A stretch of 64,000 nt of DNA from a virus, in IMG/VR virus record IMGVR_UViG_3300018080_000110, positions 64,001-128,000 of that record, one strand, 5' to 3'. The stretch's first letter is position 1. Every line of letters begins with the position of its first letter. This document shows positions 47,233 to 57,545 of the stretch, piece after piece. The notes beneath the pieces are model-generated. The model searched no databases and had not been told where the DNA came from. It was given only the letters and a program-made list of their open reading frames with translations. The position numbers and the translations under genes were made by a program.

Positions 47233-49181
47233 AACCTCGTCGGGTTCCCGTCGGGATCTTGTCCGGTCACCCTAACGAAAACCGTAGTAGCTAAGTCGAA
47301 GTCCACCACGGGATCTATGACCACTTTGTACCCACCAGCGACAGACGTCTTGGCAGAGGAAGGGCCATCAAACCCCGGCTTGAACTGGGGGCTGCCTCCT
47401 TCTTCGAAGGCCAATTCGAACCCTGCTCCCCTATCCACCTCAACAGTGAGTCCTGCATCTATGCTCTGCGCGTCAGTGACATTGACCTCTATCACTGCAT
47501 CGACAGCTACGCCCGACTCTCCCGCAATCGGGTCCACGGGGGTTACCAGCGGGCCGAGATAGTCCACCACACGCCATGACCATGTCGTGGCGCCAAGATT
47601 GCCCTCGTTATCTTCCGCTGATACTTCTACTGTAACCCACTCGTACTCGTCGTAGTCGGTAGTCTTGTCGATGACGACATCGAATCCGTTACTACCGTTA
47701 GCGGAGATCGAACTACCCACCCCATCGAATCCAGTCTGGACTACACCGTTAATGATCGCGTCCACGCCTCCGATGGACATATTGATCGTACTCTGGACTA
47801 CCCCCGTTCCCCCAACGTCATTGACGGAAACTGACACGTTGGAGGTCTCTACGTTCCCCGTAGAGCTGGGAGCGGGAAGCTTGTTGGTGAATGTGGGCGC
47901 TGTGACGTCTTCTTCTGTTTCGAAGTAGTAGGACGTGTTCAGCGTATTAGCCGCTGCGCTCAAGTCCTTGGCAACTACGTCGATATCTATCTGTGTGTCG
48001 AAAGGAAAGTCTACGTCGGGGTTAAGGGTGTACTGATACCCATCCGCTACGACGGACTTAGATCCCGCGAAACCGGCGGCTGGAGCGTCTCCGGTCCACG
48101 CCACGGACCCCTCAATGGTGATGACGGTCTCCGCGGGATCTACCCCGGACGGGTCCACGATTTCCAGAACCACGTTACTAGAGATCAACACTCCAGTATC
48201 CAGGTGGTCCGGCACCAAGTTCTGGAGCGTGGGTGCTTCGTAGTCCCTTACCGCAAATCCCCACACCAGTTGTGTGGCTGAATTTCCCTCATTATCGTCG
48301 CAGTCGACCCGTACAATCACGGAGTCAAGGGAACCGAAGTCAGAAGTTGGATCTATTACGACATCGTAGCCGTCAAAAGCGTTAGGGGTTATCGAGCTAC
48401 TTCCCCCATCCCATCCAGTCTGAAACGCCCCGTTGATGATTGCATCCACCTCTCCGCCGCCGTTGATCTCTATAGTGGCGTTGATCGTGGATGAGTCCAC
48501 ACCAGATCCACCAACATCTTTCGTGGAGAAAGATACGTTGGTTCCCTCGGCTACGTCTGTGCCTGTGGGGGACTGGGTGTCGATCGTGGGGTCGACGAGA
48601 TCCTCAATGAAGAAGCTCCACGTCTCATTCCCCGAAGGATTGCCAGCCAAGTCGGAGCAGCTGGCTACCACCTCTACCTCATCGTACGAAGAGAAGCTTC
48701 CCGTCGGGTCGATGACCACATCATAGCCGTCGAAAGCGTTAGCAGAGATAGAACTCCCCGGCCCGTCCCATCCCGCTTGGAACACACCGTTGATGATCGC
48801 GTCAGCAGCGCCGCCACCGTCGATCTCTACAGTGGCATTGATCGTATCCTGGTCCACCCCCTGACCGTCTACGTCCTTCGTAGAGAACGAGATGTTTGTC
48901 GAGACAGAGTTCTCGGAAGAAGAATCGGCAGGAAAGAGAGTGTCGATTATCGGCGGAGTGACATCTAAAAGTATGTCCCGCCAACCGTAGATACTCCCAG
49001 GCGTGACTTGCGGACCATCCGAAGCAAAGCCTTCAGGATTGGGGGCAGCTGCCCCACTTGCCCACTCCCCGGGGACATAATCTTGATCTGATGCGGTTCC
49101 TGTCGGGTTTGGTTCACTTACCCCGTCAACCCATTCCCCGGGGCTGTAATTCTGCGGACTAGCGAACCCGTCTCTAGACAT
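47229..49181 (-). CDS. Virion protein with ~5-6 tandem Ig-like repeats
   Basis: Repeats of D..P.I....P......V.......SF...D..G.GVD..TIN...DAIING.FQ.G.DG..S.I....GYDVVIDP..DF. Confidence 0.8.
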   Translation of the reverse strand: MSRDGFASPQNYSPGEWVDGVSEPNPTGTASDQDYVPGEWASGAAAPNPEGFASDGPQVTPGSIYGWRDILLDVTPPIIDTLFPADSSSENSVSTNISFSTKDVDGQGVDQDTINATVEIDGGGAADAIINGVFQAGWDGPGSSISANAFDGYDVVIDPTGSFSSYDEVEVVASCSDLAGNPSGNETWSFFIEDLVDPTIDTQSPTGTDVAEGTNVSFSTKDVGGSGVDSSTINATIEINGGGEVDAIINGAFQTGWDGGSSSITPNAFDGYDVVIDPTSDFGSLDSVIVRVDCDDNEGNSATQLVWGFAVRDYEAPTLQNLVPDHLDTGVLISSNVVLEIVDPSGVDPAETVITIEGSVAWTGDAPAAGFAGSKSVVADGYQYTLNPDVDFPFDTQIDIDVVAKDLSAAANTLNTSYYFETEEDVTAPTFTNKLPAPSSTGNVETSNVSVSVNDVGGTGVVQSTINMSIGGVDAIINGVVQTGFDGVGSSISANGSNGFDVVIDKTTDYDEYEWVTVEVSAEDNEGNLGATTWSWRVVDYLGPLVTPVDPIAGESGVAVDAVIEVNVTDAQSIDAGLTVEVDRGAGFELAFEEGGSPQFKPGFDGPSSAKTSVAGGYKVVIDPVVDFDLATTVFVRVTGQDPDGNPTRL

Positions 49182-49190
49182 GAATCAAAC

Positions 49191-50387
49191 CTACGGCGTG
49201 TACTGCACAGTGAACCCAGGCCAGGGGAGCAAGACTCCGTTCTGGAGATGGACCCTGTTCTTTGTGCCACCGTCGTGATCGATGGTCTGCATCTCGTTGA
49301 GATTGCCGCGAATGGACTCGTGACCCTCCAAGCGCCCCAACAACTCGTAGAACTCACTGTTGTTCAAGTAGTCCATGATCAAGTGAGTCCCAGTCATCAC
49401 GTCGTTGGCGCTCTTACGCGCGTTCGCCTCTCTACTGGTCCACACGGTGAACCCCTCGTCGTCGTCGCTGTAAGACCACTCGAGACACCGTACGTGGTGT
49501 TGGCCTTGGTCACTGTCCCTCCAAACCTTCCCGTTCCCCCAATCAGTGCTATCTCCTTCTCGGTTGATCTGTTCCGCGGAAACCGTCACTGCTGTGTCAG
49601 GTCCCATGATGGCGCGTAGCTCGGAAGTTGAATGGGCTGGGTCAGTCTCCCAAGGTGTGATCTGAGCCGTAGTGACCAAAGAACTACCGCCGTTGGTGTT
49701 GAACTCCCATATGTTGAGATGAGTGCCCTCTGTATCTCCTTCGAGATACAGGTATCTGGTGTTGGCGTCTGCTGAGTTGTTGTCGTTGTAATAAGCCGGG
49801 CCGATGATCTCCCCAGAAGCCGTCCACACCCCATCCATGGAAACGGAGAACTCAAGCCAGTTATTGGTGCTCAGTTTGCACTCGATCTCCCAGGCGTCCG
49901 CATGGGGAGTGACCAAGCGCCACCAATCACCATTCGTGCTCGGGGTCTGGTAATCCTCCGACAAGATCCACCACGAGAGACCAGTAGCTGCTGTCGGGTA
50001 CTCCGAAGCCGCGGTGCGGAAATCGATGCCGATGGTGTTCGCATCGGGGTTAGTGAGGATCCGATAGAATCCGCTATTCTCAGGATTCGAGGCATCTACC
50101 ACCAGAGCCCACTTGTCTACCTCCCCACCTGCCGCGGAAAACGCACCCGTCTCGGTTAGGTTCTTGTTAGAACCAGAGAAAACGCCAGAAGTCCCGTTGC
50201 TCTCGTACGAAGTAGCGGGATCGTAAGATCCCGATGTGGCGTTCTCAAACTCGCTCGCTCCGCCGGGGGGCTTTGTGTACCCGAGGACATGGTAGAGGAA
50301 GAAACAAACGCACTTACTCCAGAAGTTCATCCCAGATCTACCAGGGGATTGCATGAAACGTGCTTCCCTGATCCAATGGCTAGCCAT
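49191..50387 (-). CDS. Hypothetical virion structural protein
   Basis: AGGAGG RBS; beta-rich; resembles the neighbour at 50401 (N.G.YRIL...N....D). Confidence 0.7.
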   Translation of the reverse strand: MASHWIREARFMQSPGRSGMNFWSKCVCFFLYHVLGYTKPPGGASEFENATSGSYDPATSYESNGTSGVFSGSNKNLTETGAFSAAGGEVDKWALVVDASNPENSGFYRILTNPDANTIGIDFRTAASEYPTAATGLSWWILSEDYQTPSTNGDWWRLVTPHADAWEIECKLSTNNWLEFSVSMDGVWTASGEIIGPAYYNDNNSADANTRYLYLEGDTEGTHLNIWEFNTNGGSSLVTTAQITPWETDPAHSTSELRAIMGPDTAVTVSAEQINREGDSTDWGNGKVWRDSDQGQHHVRCLEWSYSDDDEGFTVWTSREANARKSANDVMTGTHLIMDYLNNSEFYELLGRLEGHESIRGNLNEMQTIDHDGGTKNRVHLQNGVLLPWPGFTVQYTP

Positions 50388-50400
50388 CTGATCCTCCTAG

Positions 50401-51636
50401 CTACTTCTGCACGTGGATGGAGCTGCCGTTCCAGGTAGCTGCGAACCCACCGAACATATGCAAGTAGAAATCTGGAGCCGGGCCATCGCCGAACGCCATC
50501 AAGTTCTGATTGGCTTTGGAAGTCATCCAGCAATCCTTAAACTCCCCCCGGTGCTCCATGTGCCCGGAGGTTCGACACTCCAGCTCTATCTCCACACGAT
50601 ACAAATACCGGCTCCAGCTACTCATTCGTTGGGACCCAGTGCCCAAAACATGGTTGTTGACCCCCACCGGAATCGTCGGCACTTGCAAATAGTACGTCAC
50701 TTCCGTGTCGTCAGAAGGAAGAGCCGACATACCGCGCCCACTGTCCTCAACCTGGCCACCATTTGCATAACCGAACATGTTCGGCCAAACATCTGGGTTT
50801 GCAGATCCAGCCCCACCGTAAACGATCACCCCGGGGTTCGTATCCACAGAAGTGTCATCCACAGCGATCTCTCCCAGATAGATGAAGTTAGGTACGTTGT
50901 TCGTCTGATTCCAATAACAGATCACAGCGTGATCATCTGTACCGAAAGCCCACACATACGTATCAACGACCGTGCTCGCTCCTGTAGTGGTGGGGTTCTT
51001 CTGCGATGTGTTGCGGGAATCATCCCACGCGTGCGAGGAGTTGTTCCAAGTTCCAAAAGGACCGATAGCTATAGAAGGAAACCCGGACCAAGCACCTCCA
51101 GTAGCCGTGGTAAGCAAACGGATGTCGAAGTTGGGCTCAGAGGGAGTGTGGGAATAGGCGGCCCTGACTACGGCGTACTTGCTTGGATCGGGGATGTACG
51201 TTGCGGAACCGTCCCACAAACGCCAACTGAAGGACTTGCCATCGGGCAAACCGTCCTCGTGCACCCCGCGCTTGATGTCGAGAACGAGAATATTCCCAGC
51301 CAGCACATCCAGAATGCGGTAGATGCCATTCTTCTCTACCTCTGCGGCAGTCCCCGTGATCCCTGTGATGGTGATGTACTTCCCGCGGTCGTCGGTGTCC
51401 CAGTCGGTCTTGGAGCTACCAGACATGTCGATACGATCGGCGTTGGCAGTTGTGGCGCCGTCCCCCGATCCAGAAGCCTCGACATCAGTCCAGCTCGAGT
51501 CCGTTGGATCTTCATCCCGCAGGGTCCACCCCACGACTTGAGTCAACCACTCGACCAACCAGCGGGAGAACAAATGTCCTCCCCGGCCAGCAATCGAGGT
51601 GCTCAACAAGAGCCCATTCTGAAACTTGTTGGCCAT
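50401..51636 (-). CDS. Hypothetical virion structural protein
   Basis: AGGAGA RBS; T/G/S/D-rich, in the tail cluster. Confidence 0.7.
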   Translation of the reverse strand: MANKFQNGLLLSTSIAGRGGHLFSRWLVEWLTQVVGWTLRDEDPTDSSWTDVEASGSGDGATTANADRIDMSGSSKTDWDTDDRGKYITITGITGTAAEVEKNGIYRILDVLAGNILVLDIKRGVHEDGLPDGKSFSWRLWDGSATYIPDPSKYAVVRAAYSHTPSEPNFDIRLLTTATGGAWSGFPSIAIGPFGTWNNSSHAWDDSRNTSQKNPTTTGASTVVDTYVWAFGTDDHAVICYWNQTNNVPNFIYLGEIAVDDTSVDTNPGVIVYGGAGSANPDVWPNMFGYANGGQVEDSGRGMSALPSDDTEVTYYLQVPTIPVGVNNHVLGTGSQRMSSWSRYLYRVEIELECRTSGHMEHRGEFKDCWMTSKANQNLMAFGDGPAPDFYLHMFGGFAATWNGSSIHVQK

Positions 51637-51648
51637 GGCCTATCTCCT

Positions 51649-51906
51649 CTACTCGAAGCTAGATCCATAAACGCGGGCCCTGGCCGCGTTAGGACTCAGA
51701 GGACTCCCGTAGCACTCCTCATTGGTGAACGTCACTACAGCTTGTTCAGACTCCCTGAACACTGTTAACTCTGCCCCGCCATCTTCCTCATCTCCGGTCA
51801 AAGAAAGATCTCCGAGGCGATAGCGGTGTCCGCCGTCTGCCCAACTGCGGGGGAGCCAATAATTGATAGCGCTCAAGATGCGTCTTCTGCGCTCATGTTC
51901 CGTCAT
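51649..51906 (-). CDS. Hypothetical protein (85 aa)
   Basis: First gene after the 51957-51986 promoter. Confidence 0.55.
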   Translation of the reverse strand: MTEHERRRRILSAINYWLPRSWADGGHRYRLGDLSLTGDEEDGGAELTVFRESEQAVVTFTNEECYGSPLSPNAARARVYGSSFE

Positions 51907-51956
51907 GCTAAGTCACCCATTTTTGGAGGTTTCCAGCAAGTAGATCTTGGTCCACG

Positions 51957-51986
51957 ATTCTACTCTCTGAGAGCAGGGACGGTCAA
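51957..51986 (-). promoter_or_regulatory. sigma70-like promoter TTGACC-N18-TAGAAT
   Basis: Close to consensus at both hexamers, in a divergent gap. Confidence 0.6.
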
Positions 51987-52026
51987 ACTCTTGAGATAAG
52001 GTAATGCTGAGAGGTAGTATCAAGTT

Positions 52027-52341
52027 ATGGACCTCAAATTTCTCGATCCAGAAATTACCAGAAAACTGCTCGAAGGGCACGAGGACGTTGTGACGAAACG
52101 AGCAGAAGATCGAGAAAAGTTCTACTCGGCACAAAGCTGCCCGCGCTGCGGAGGGAACTGTAGAAAGCTGGGCAACTATCACTCAATGTACCGGGGCGAG
52201 GACATCCTCCCGAAGTTCTACCTAGAATGCGTAGCTTGTGGTGAACAGTTCGATCCGCATTCCGGGATCGTGCTAAAGACAGGAAATGTGGGCCGAGCGG
52301 TAGAACCGGCTATTCCGATCGTAGGAGGGTCCGAAGACTAA
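52027..52341 (+). CDS. Zn-ribbon protein, lone plus-strand gene in the tail cluster
   Basis: CPRCGG...CVACG; GAGG RBS; GATAAG at 51995-52000. Confidence 0.75.
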   Translation: MDLKFLDPEITRKLLEGHEDVVTKRAEDREKFYSAQSCPRCGGNCRKLGNYHSMYRGEDILPKFYLECVACGEQFDPHSGIVLKTGNVGRAVEPAIPIVGGSED

Positions 52342-55300
52342 GACGACGTCTGGCGCGTGATCGATAGCGCGTCAGGGATAAAAGTCGCCAGCCTCCCCCT
52401 ACTGATCGCGTCCTCAGATCTATCGATCTGTATCGTCCTATCTACGTTGTGAACCACGCCAAGCAACGTGATCGGCATCTCTACTCTCTCAGCTCCTCTT
52501 CTGCGCGGGATGTTGCCGATTGCAGACGCCTCGAGAACCTCGTCCGGAAGTAACCCATCGATTAGGTCTTCTAGATCTGATTCGATGACACTTTCCTGAG
52601 ACCCGCCCTGGTAGACGAGCTCGAACTGCACGAAATGCGGCACCAGATGTCTGACCACAATACTGGCGCACAGCACCCTATCGAGTTCTGAAGAAGCGAA
52701 ACGCTGAACCTCTTCCGTTAACTCAGATCTCTCGTAGTTCACCTGGATATTCTGTTGAGAGATCTGCGTCGTGTTTTCGGGAGAGTCGGTACTCCCGGGA
52801 GTCAAGACCCTCCTGCTGATGATCATTGAAGGCTCTTCGTAGATAGAAAAGGTCAGGTCCTCGTCGTCGTTCGACAGCCGGTAACCATCTGACTTGTGGT
52901 TCTCCACCTCGAGCTGCAAGTCAGCCTCGATGTTGAATTCATCTCCAGCTCCGTAAGAAACCACCTCTATGTCAGCGTAGTACAGAGATCCTTCTGTGTT
53001 GTCTTGCATTTCCGTAGAGCTAACTCGCTGGACACCTTTGCGATGAATCTTGAAATGTTGCGAAGGTCCCACATCCCCTGCAGCAAAACCACCCCACACA
53101 TCCCCCGGGAGAAGCACAAGATCTTCCGGTTTCTTGATCGACAACCGCATGTGGTTTGATGTGGCTCCAGAGATGTAACCTGAGTCTTCGACGACGTATC
53201 TACCACGCGCGTTAGCGTGATTATTCGTGACGGAGAGCCCGAGGATAGAGAGCGCAGTTCCGCCCTTCACATCGAACTCGATGTCGGCCTCTAGACGCAG
53301 GTATTTCTTGCTCGTTGAAGTATCGTCCTCTACGTAAGCGATGGTCTCGCCTAACTGGTTGTTGATTTCAGCTACCAGTCGATCTGGGCCATCTACCTCC
53401 GCCGAGAACGTCACTGTCTTGTCGGGACCGTTCTCGAGAGAGAAGAGCAAGGTCTTGGCAATGACGTAGTCCGGGTCTAGGGGTGCGTCATACTCTACGT
53501 CGCCTCCGGAAGTTTTGTCCCGAATGTCGGCCGTCCCTTGCACCGGCTGATAAGTGATCTCTAGAATGTCGCCGGGGAGAACCTCCCGCAAAAGGAAGTC
53601 GATCTCTTCTGCACGAGAGTACTTACCATCGCCGGACGGCGGGTCTTTCTCGCTTTCTACGAACGTATCCCCGCTCGAGGCGATATAGAGGTTGTCGGGC
53701 ACAGACTCTTCTCCTGCAGGCAAGAGCGTGTGCTCGAGCGCAGGGTCTGGGAAGAAACGGAAGTAGGCCGACTGGTCACCGTATAGATCGTAAGAGAACT
53801 CCGTTCTTGGCTCCTCATCTTGTGCGATTTCTCCTAAGACAACATTGGGAGCGTGCTCCCCTGCAGCCGGAGGGTTGCCCGACTTGATCGCTGCCTTCCT
53901 GTAGTCTCCCCTCACCTCAAAAGACGTTGGCTCAAGGAAGTAACAACGGAGCTTGCCGAAGGACCTAGATCCAATCCGTACTGTGGCTTTCTCATCGGGA
54001 AGAGGAAAGATCACCTTCCCGTCGTCCCCCACTCGGCACACTAGAAGTCTCTCTGCCTCGACTTCCTGCAAATACCAAAACTCGATGTTGTCCCCCGTAA
54101 GGACATAGACTGAGTCCCGCTCCTCCTCGATATCTAGAGTCGCATCAGTCCAATCCGAAACGGCAGACTCGCTAACGATTTGGCGATTGTCTTCCGCGAA
54201 GGAGGTCGACAGCCCCAAGAGAGTGTTGGCGGTACCAGAGGTGTCTACCACAATCCAGTTGTTGCGGGACCGTAGAGTGAGATAGCTCTCTCCCTGATCC
54301 GTGTCGCGTTGCCCAGCAATGCTGTAACCGACTCCGGCGTCAATCTGGTCCTTCACATCCTGTAGATCTGCCACAGCTGAGAAAGTGATGATGGACACCG
54401 CTCCGCCGTTGATGGAGATCTTGATCGTGGTCCCGTTCAAAGCTCCCAGCGCACCAGAGAGATCTACGGTTCCGATAATGCCCAATCTGGCGTCGTTGAT
54501 CTCTTTCTTCTTGCCGACGCCGATATTGGAAAAAGCAGAAGACTGAATGTCGACTGGATCTGCGTAAGGGATAACGTTACCCGTAGGCTGCTGGGAAGAA
54601 TCCAATATATCCACGCTAGAGACCCTGAGCAACGGTGGACTCAGCCCGTCCCCCTTCTTGAACAGTTCCCAAGACTCACTGCTGGAGGTCTTCTTCAACT
54701 CAGTTCCCAGAACCAGCAACTTGTTACCAGTGCCGGTGATCTGGACGACACTGTAATCTCCCGCGTTGAGCGTGTTCCCTGTGATCCGGAGTGTGTCTCC
54801 CTCCTCCGTACCCAGCTGATCGAAGTCTACTTCTGCAACCGTGGACACCTGAGAGCTACCGAGTATGGTGACTAGGTCGCTCCCAGATCCACGAACAGTC
54901 TTGGGCTCAAGAAGATTTACATCTATCTCGTCTACGATTTTGTACCGCTGACCAGTGACCGTGCTGCCAGGCTCCGGATCTACCTGAAGCCTTAGCGCGT
55001 TTCCTCCAGGAGCAACCTTTACGATCTGGTACGCTCCTGCATTTCCTGCGTCGGTCTCGATGACTAAAGTCATCCCCACCCGGACTTTTTGACCCAGGAA
55101 ATCGCTGGTCACAGCCAACGAAAGGTCCTCAACAATATCAGCTGGAAGTCCGGCCTTCTTGGTATCCAGATTCAGCCCCTCCATGAGGGGACTCTCGTCA
55201 CTGACTGCCTCGATGACCAGCTCTTCCTCTTCCAGACCGGTGCCCCTCACGTAAAAGTCGGTGCAACCTCCGATGTGAACCTCGCCGTCGGAGATCTCGA

Positions 55301-56522
55301 CAACCCCGCTCACACCATCAGGGCTCACTAGCCCACCAGGGATATCAGAGATCGTGATGACACTTTTCCTGACATAGAACTGCTGCGAGCTCAACCCGTC
55401 CGGCATGTCGGGATGGGGGACGGGATCTACGGGTGGCAGTCCTGGATCCAGGGCTGCCCCGATCTTCAGAAACTCGTCAGAGATCACCTCCAAGACGGGG
55501 TAGTCCGCATTTTGCAGTGTGAGCATGAAACCCTCAACTGGTCCCACAGCTCCCACAGAACTAGTGAAGGTGGCGGAGGGGCTGCCGAAGACATCCGTCA
55601 CTCCGTCACCATCCCCGTCATCGGTCGTGTAGCCGTCCGTGCCGTAGACCACGATGGGCCCCAAGCCACCGCCCTTCAGAATGTCCCTCCCCATTTCTGT
55701 ATCGTTGAACCCGACAACTTGCAGATGCTGCAGGTCCCCGAATTGATCGAACAAACGAGCAATGGCTCCACGAGGTACAACCAAAGATCGCTCAGTCAAG
55801 CTATCTTCACCACGCTCGAGAAAGCTGAGTGTAGACTCTTCAGCAACGCCATCTCTGAACCGAGCAAGGTTGGTGATCTTTACCGCTGCTGGAACGTTAG
55901 CGATGCTGACGATTTCCCCTGTACCTACGTTGTACTCATCTCCCTCAGTCTCTGCCTCGAAAGAAACGTCGAAGTAGAAAAGGTTGCCATCCTGGTTGAA
56001 TAGCATGGCCTCGGCAGAGATCTCTTGTGTCGATGAGGGGACGAACTTCAACCCATCCGACGTCGAAGCCTCGTTCCCCAAAGAGATGGACACAGCTACT
56101 GGAGCGTTGAAGTACAACCTGCATTGCCCAACAGATCTGCTTCCTCGAGTACGGCTCACAAAGAAGTTCCCCATCAGGGAATCTGCTTCCTCGGGGGACA
56201 AGAGGTCCTGATCGTTCAAGGACTTATTCTTGCGCAAGAACTCGACTTCACGGATGACTGGATCTAGCAAAGCCTCCATCGGCTTTATCAACAAGTCCGC
56301 TAAAGCCTCGCCTTCCTCAGAACTGAGGTTGGGGTACTCTTGCTGCAGCCGCGCACGGATGAATGTTGGGACATCCATCTCGAACGGGTCTGGGGTGAAC
56401 CTACGCACTACGGGATCGATGATCTCTGTTTGTGCCGGAGAACCATCTTCCAGATCGATGTCTGGGTCGTAGGTGAGAAGTTTCTCTTCTAGGAATTCCT
56501 GGAGGTCTTCTGTTCCGGGCAT
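52338..56522 (-). CDS. Baseplate wedge protein (gpJ/gp6-like, greatly extended)
   Basis: N-terminal NFFVSR.RG..S.G..RLYF, A...G.EYNV..GEI.SI, V.ITN...F.DG..EES...R; long insertion of beta domains. Confidence 0.75.
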   Translation of the reverse strand: MPGTEDLQEFLEEKLLTYDPDIDLEDGSPAQTEIIDPVVRRFTPDPFEMDVPTFIRARLQQEYPNLSSEEGEALADLLIKPMEALLDPVIREVEFLRKNKSLNDQDLLSPEEADSLMGNFFVSRTRGSRSVGQCRLYFNAPVAVSISLGNEASTSDGLKFVPSSTQEISAEAMLFNQDGNLFYFDVSFEAETEGDEYNVGTGEIVSIANVPAAVKITNLARFRDGVAEESTLSFLERGEDSLTERSLVVPRGAIARLFDQFGDLQHLQVVGFNDTEMGRDILKGGGLGPIVVYGTDGYTTDDGDGDGVTDVFGSPSATFTSSVGAVGPVEGFMLTLQNADYPVLEVISDEFLKIGAALDPGLPPVDPVPHPDMPDGLSSQQFYVRKSVITISDIPGGLVSPDGVSGVVEISDGEVHIGGCTDFYVRGTGLEEEELVIEAVSDESPLMEGLNLDTKKAGLPADIVEDLSLAVTSDFLGQKVRVGMTLVIETDAGNAGAYQIVKVAPGGNALRLQVDPEPGSTVTGQRYKIVDEIDVNLLEPKTVRGSGSDLVTILGSSQVSTVAEVDFDQLGTEEGDTLRITGNTLNAGDYSVVQITGTGNKLLVLGTELKKTSSSESWELFKKGDGLSPPLLRVSSVDILDSSQQPTGNVIPYADPVDIQSSAFSNIGVGKKKEINDARLGIIGTVDLSGALGALNGTTIKISINGGAVSIITFSAVADLQDVKDQIDAGVGYSIAGQRDTDQGESYLTLRSRNNWIVVDTSGTANTLLGLSTSFAEDNRQIVSESAVSDWTDATLDIEEERDSVYVLTGDNIEFWYLQEVEAERLLVCRVGDDGKVIFPLPDEKATVRIGSRSFGKLRCYFLEPTSFEVRGDYRKAAIKSGNPPAAGEHAPNVVLGEIAQDEEPRTEFSYDLYGDQSAYFRFFPDPALEHTLLPAGEESVPDNLYIASSGDTFVESEKDPPSGDGKYSRAEEIDFLLREVLPGDILEITYQPVQGTADIRDKTSGGDVEYDAPLDPDYVIAKTLLFSLENGPDKTVTFSAEVDGPDRLVAEINNQLGETIAYVEDDTSTSKKYLRLEADIEFDVKGGTALSILGLSVTNNHANARGRYVVEDSGYISGATSNHMRLSIKKPEDLVLLPGDVWGGFAAGDVGPSQHFKIHRKGVQRVSSTEMQDNTEGSLYYADIEVVSYGAGDEFNIEADLQLEVENHKSDGYRLSNDDEDLTFSIYEEPSMIISRRVLTPGSTDSPENTTQISQQNIQVNYERSELTEEVQRFASSELDRVLCASIVVRHLVPHFVQFELVYQGGSQESVIESDLEDLIDGLLPDEVLEASAIGNIPRRRGAERVEMPITLLGVVHNVDRTIQIDRSEDAISRGRLATFIPDALSITRQTSS

Positions 56523-56523
56523 G

Positions 56524-57174
56524 TTACAACTCCAAACCTACGATCGCGCGTTGCCCCGATTGGGATGTTAGTTCCATCCGTGCGACGAGGGCTGTTTGCT
56601 GTACGTTGAATACGGCGCTGAGCACCGACACAGATCCCAGTTTCTCGGCAGCGGTGAGGCGCGAGTTAGAGGCCTGCAACGAAATGATCTGGGACCTGGT
56701 TCTGCTGACGGCCGTGGTGAACGCCGCAGTAACTCCCCCAGCGTTAGACCGAGAAAACTCCGCACCGATCAATTTCTGGACCCCGCCTCCAGTCTTTGGG
56801 TACCAGGCATCGGTACCCGGAGACCGAAGAAGATACATGACGAAGGACTGTATCAGCTTCTTCAGTCCGCTTACCTTCTGTGGGAAATTGGTGAGCTCAA
56901 ACTTCATTTGGCTGCTGACGGTTTTCGTGAAATCGCTGCTCAGCACAGCGAGGGTGCGGATGATCGACTTCTCTTGGCTGTCTGGGACCTGCACAAGGAT
57001 GCGGTTCTTGGAGACCACGACGAAAGAAGGTGCCTCCTCTTCGTTGATCTCCACCTTCACCGCATTGAGGAAATTGGGTCCCGTGACTTCCAGAGTGCGC
57101 GGCACGACCCCAGGAAGTTCCCCTACATAGTCCACGTTCAGCACATCACGCAGATAAATGACCTGCAAGTCCAT
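56524..57174 (-). CDS. Baseplate protein (IPT-like N-domain + gp25-like C-domain)
   Basis: VSGLKKLIQSFVMYLL..PGTD..YP..GGG; sits just upstream of the gpJ-like gene. Confidence 0.6.
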   Translation of the reverse strand: MDLQVIYLRDVLNVDYVGELPGVVPRTLEVTGPNFLNAVKVEINEEEAPSFVVVSKNRILVQVPDSQEKSIIRTLAVLSSDFTKTVSSQMKFELTNFPQKVSGLKKLIQSFVMYLLRSPGTDAWYPKTGGGVQKLIGAEFSRSNAGGVTAAFTTAVSRTRSQIISLQASNSRLTAAEKLGSVSVLSAVFNVQQTALVARMELTSQSGQRAIVGLEL

Positions 57175-57545
57175 TATGACGGAACCTCCTCGTCACCAGC
57201 GACCGATGTGTTCACATTGCCACTTTCTCGATCTTCCGAACTCAAGCTGAAGGCGCTGGGAGGAAGCTTCTTTACTGTCCGTACCACCTCCGTGATCCCG
57301 TTGACGATCCTGTCTACGACGTCTTTCTTGTTGAGACGGATGTCAGTCTTGCCGTCGCTGCCCTCTATCTGATTGATCTGCTCCTGCATTAGCGTCTCTA
57401 GGTTCACCGTCGAGACACTATCTGTGAATTTCTCCCCTTGAACGAACGAGTAAGCGTCTCCAAGGATGTCTCGGACCTGAAGGTTCAGCTTCGTCTTCTT
57501 GACCTTGGGCGCGTTAGCTTTCTTTTTCGGGGACCTTGCCATCAC
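57174..57545 (-). CDS. Hypothetical protein
   Basis: Coupled overlaps on both sides. Confidence 0.65.
   Translation of the reverse strand: MMARSPKKKANAPKVKKTKLNLQVRDILGDAYSFVQGEKFTDSVSTVNLETLMQEQINQIEGSDGKTDIRLNKKDVVDRIVNGITEVVRTVKKLPPSAFSLSSEDRESGNVNTSVAGDEEVPS

Noticed and set aside
50413-51768. 451-aa plus-strand ORF
   Set aside because: Antisense shadow of 50401-51636, which has an RBS and fits the operon; the translation has no recognisable motifs.
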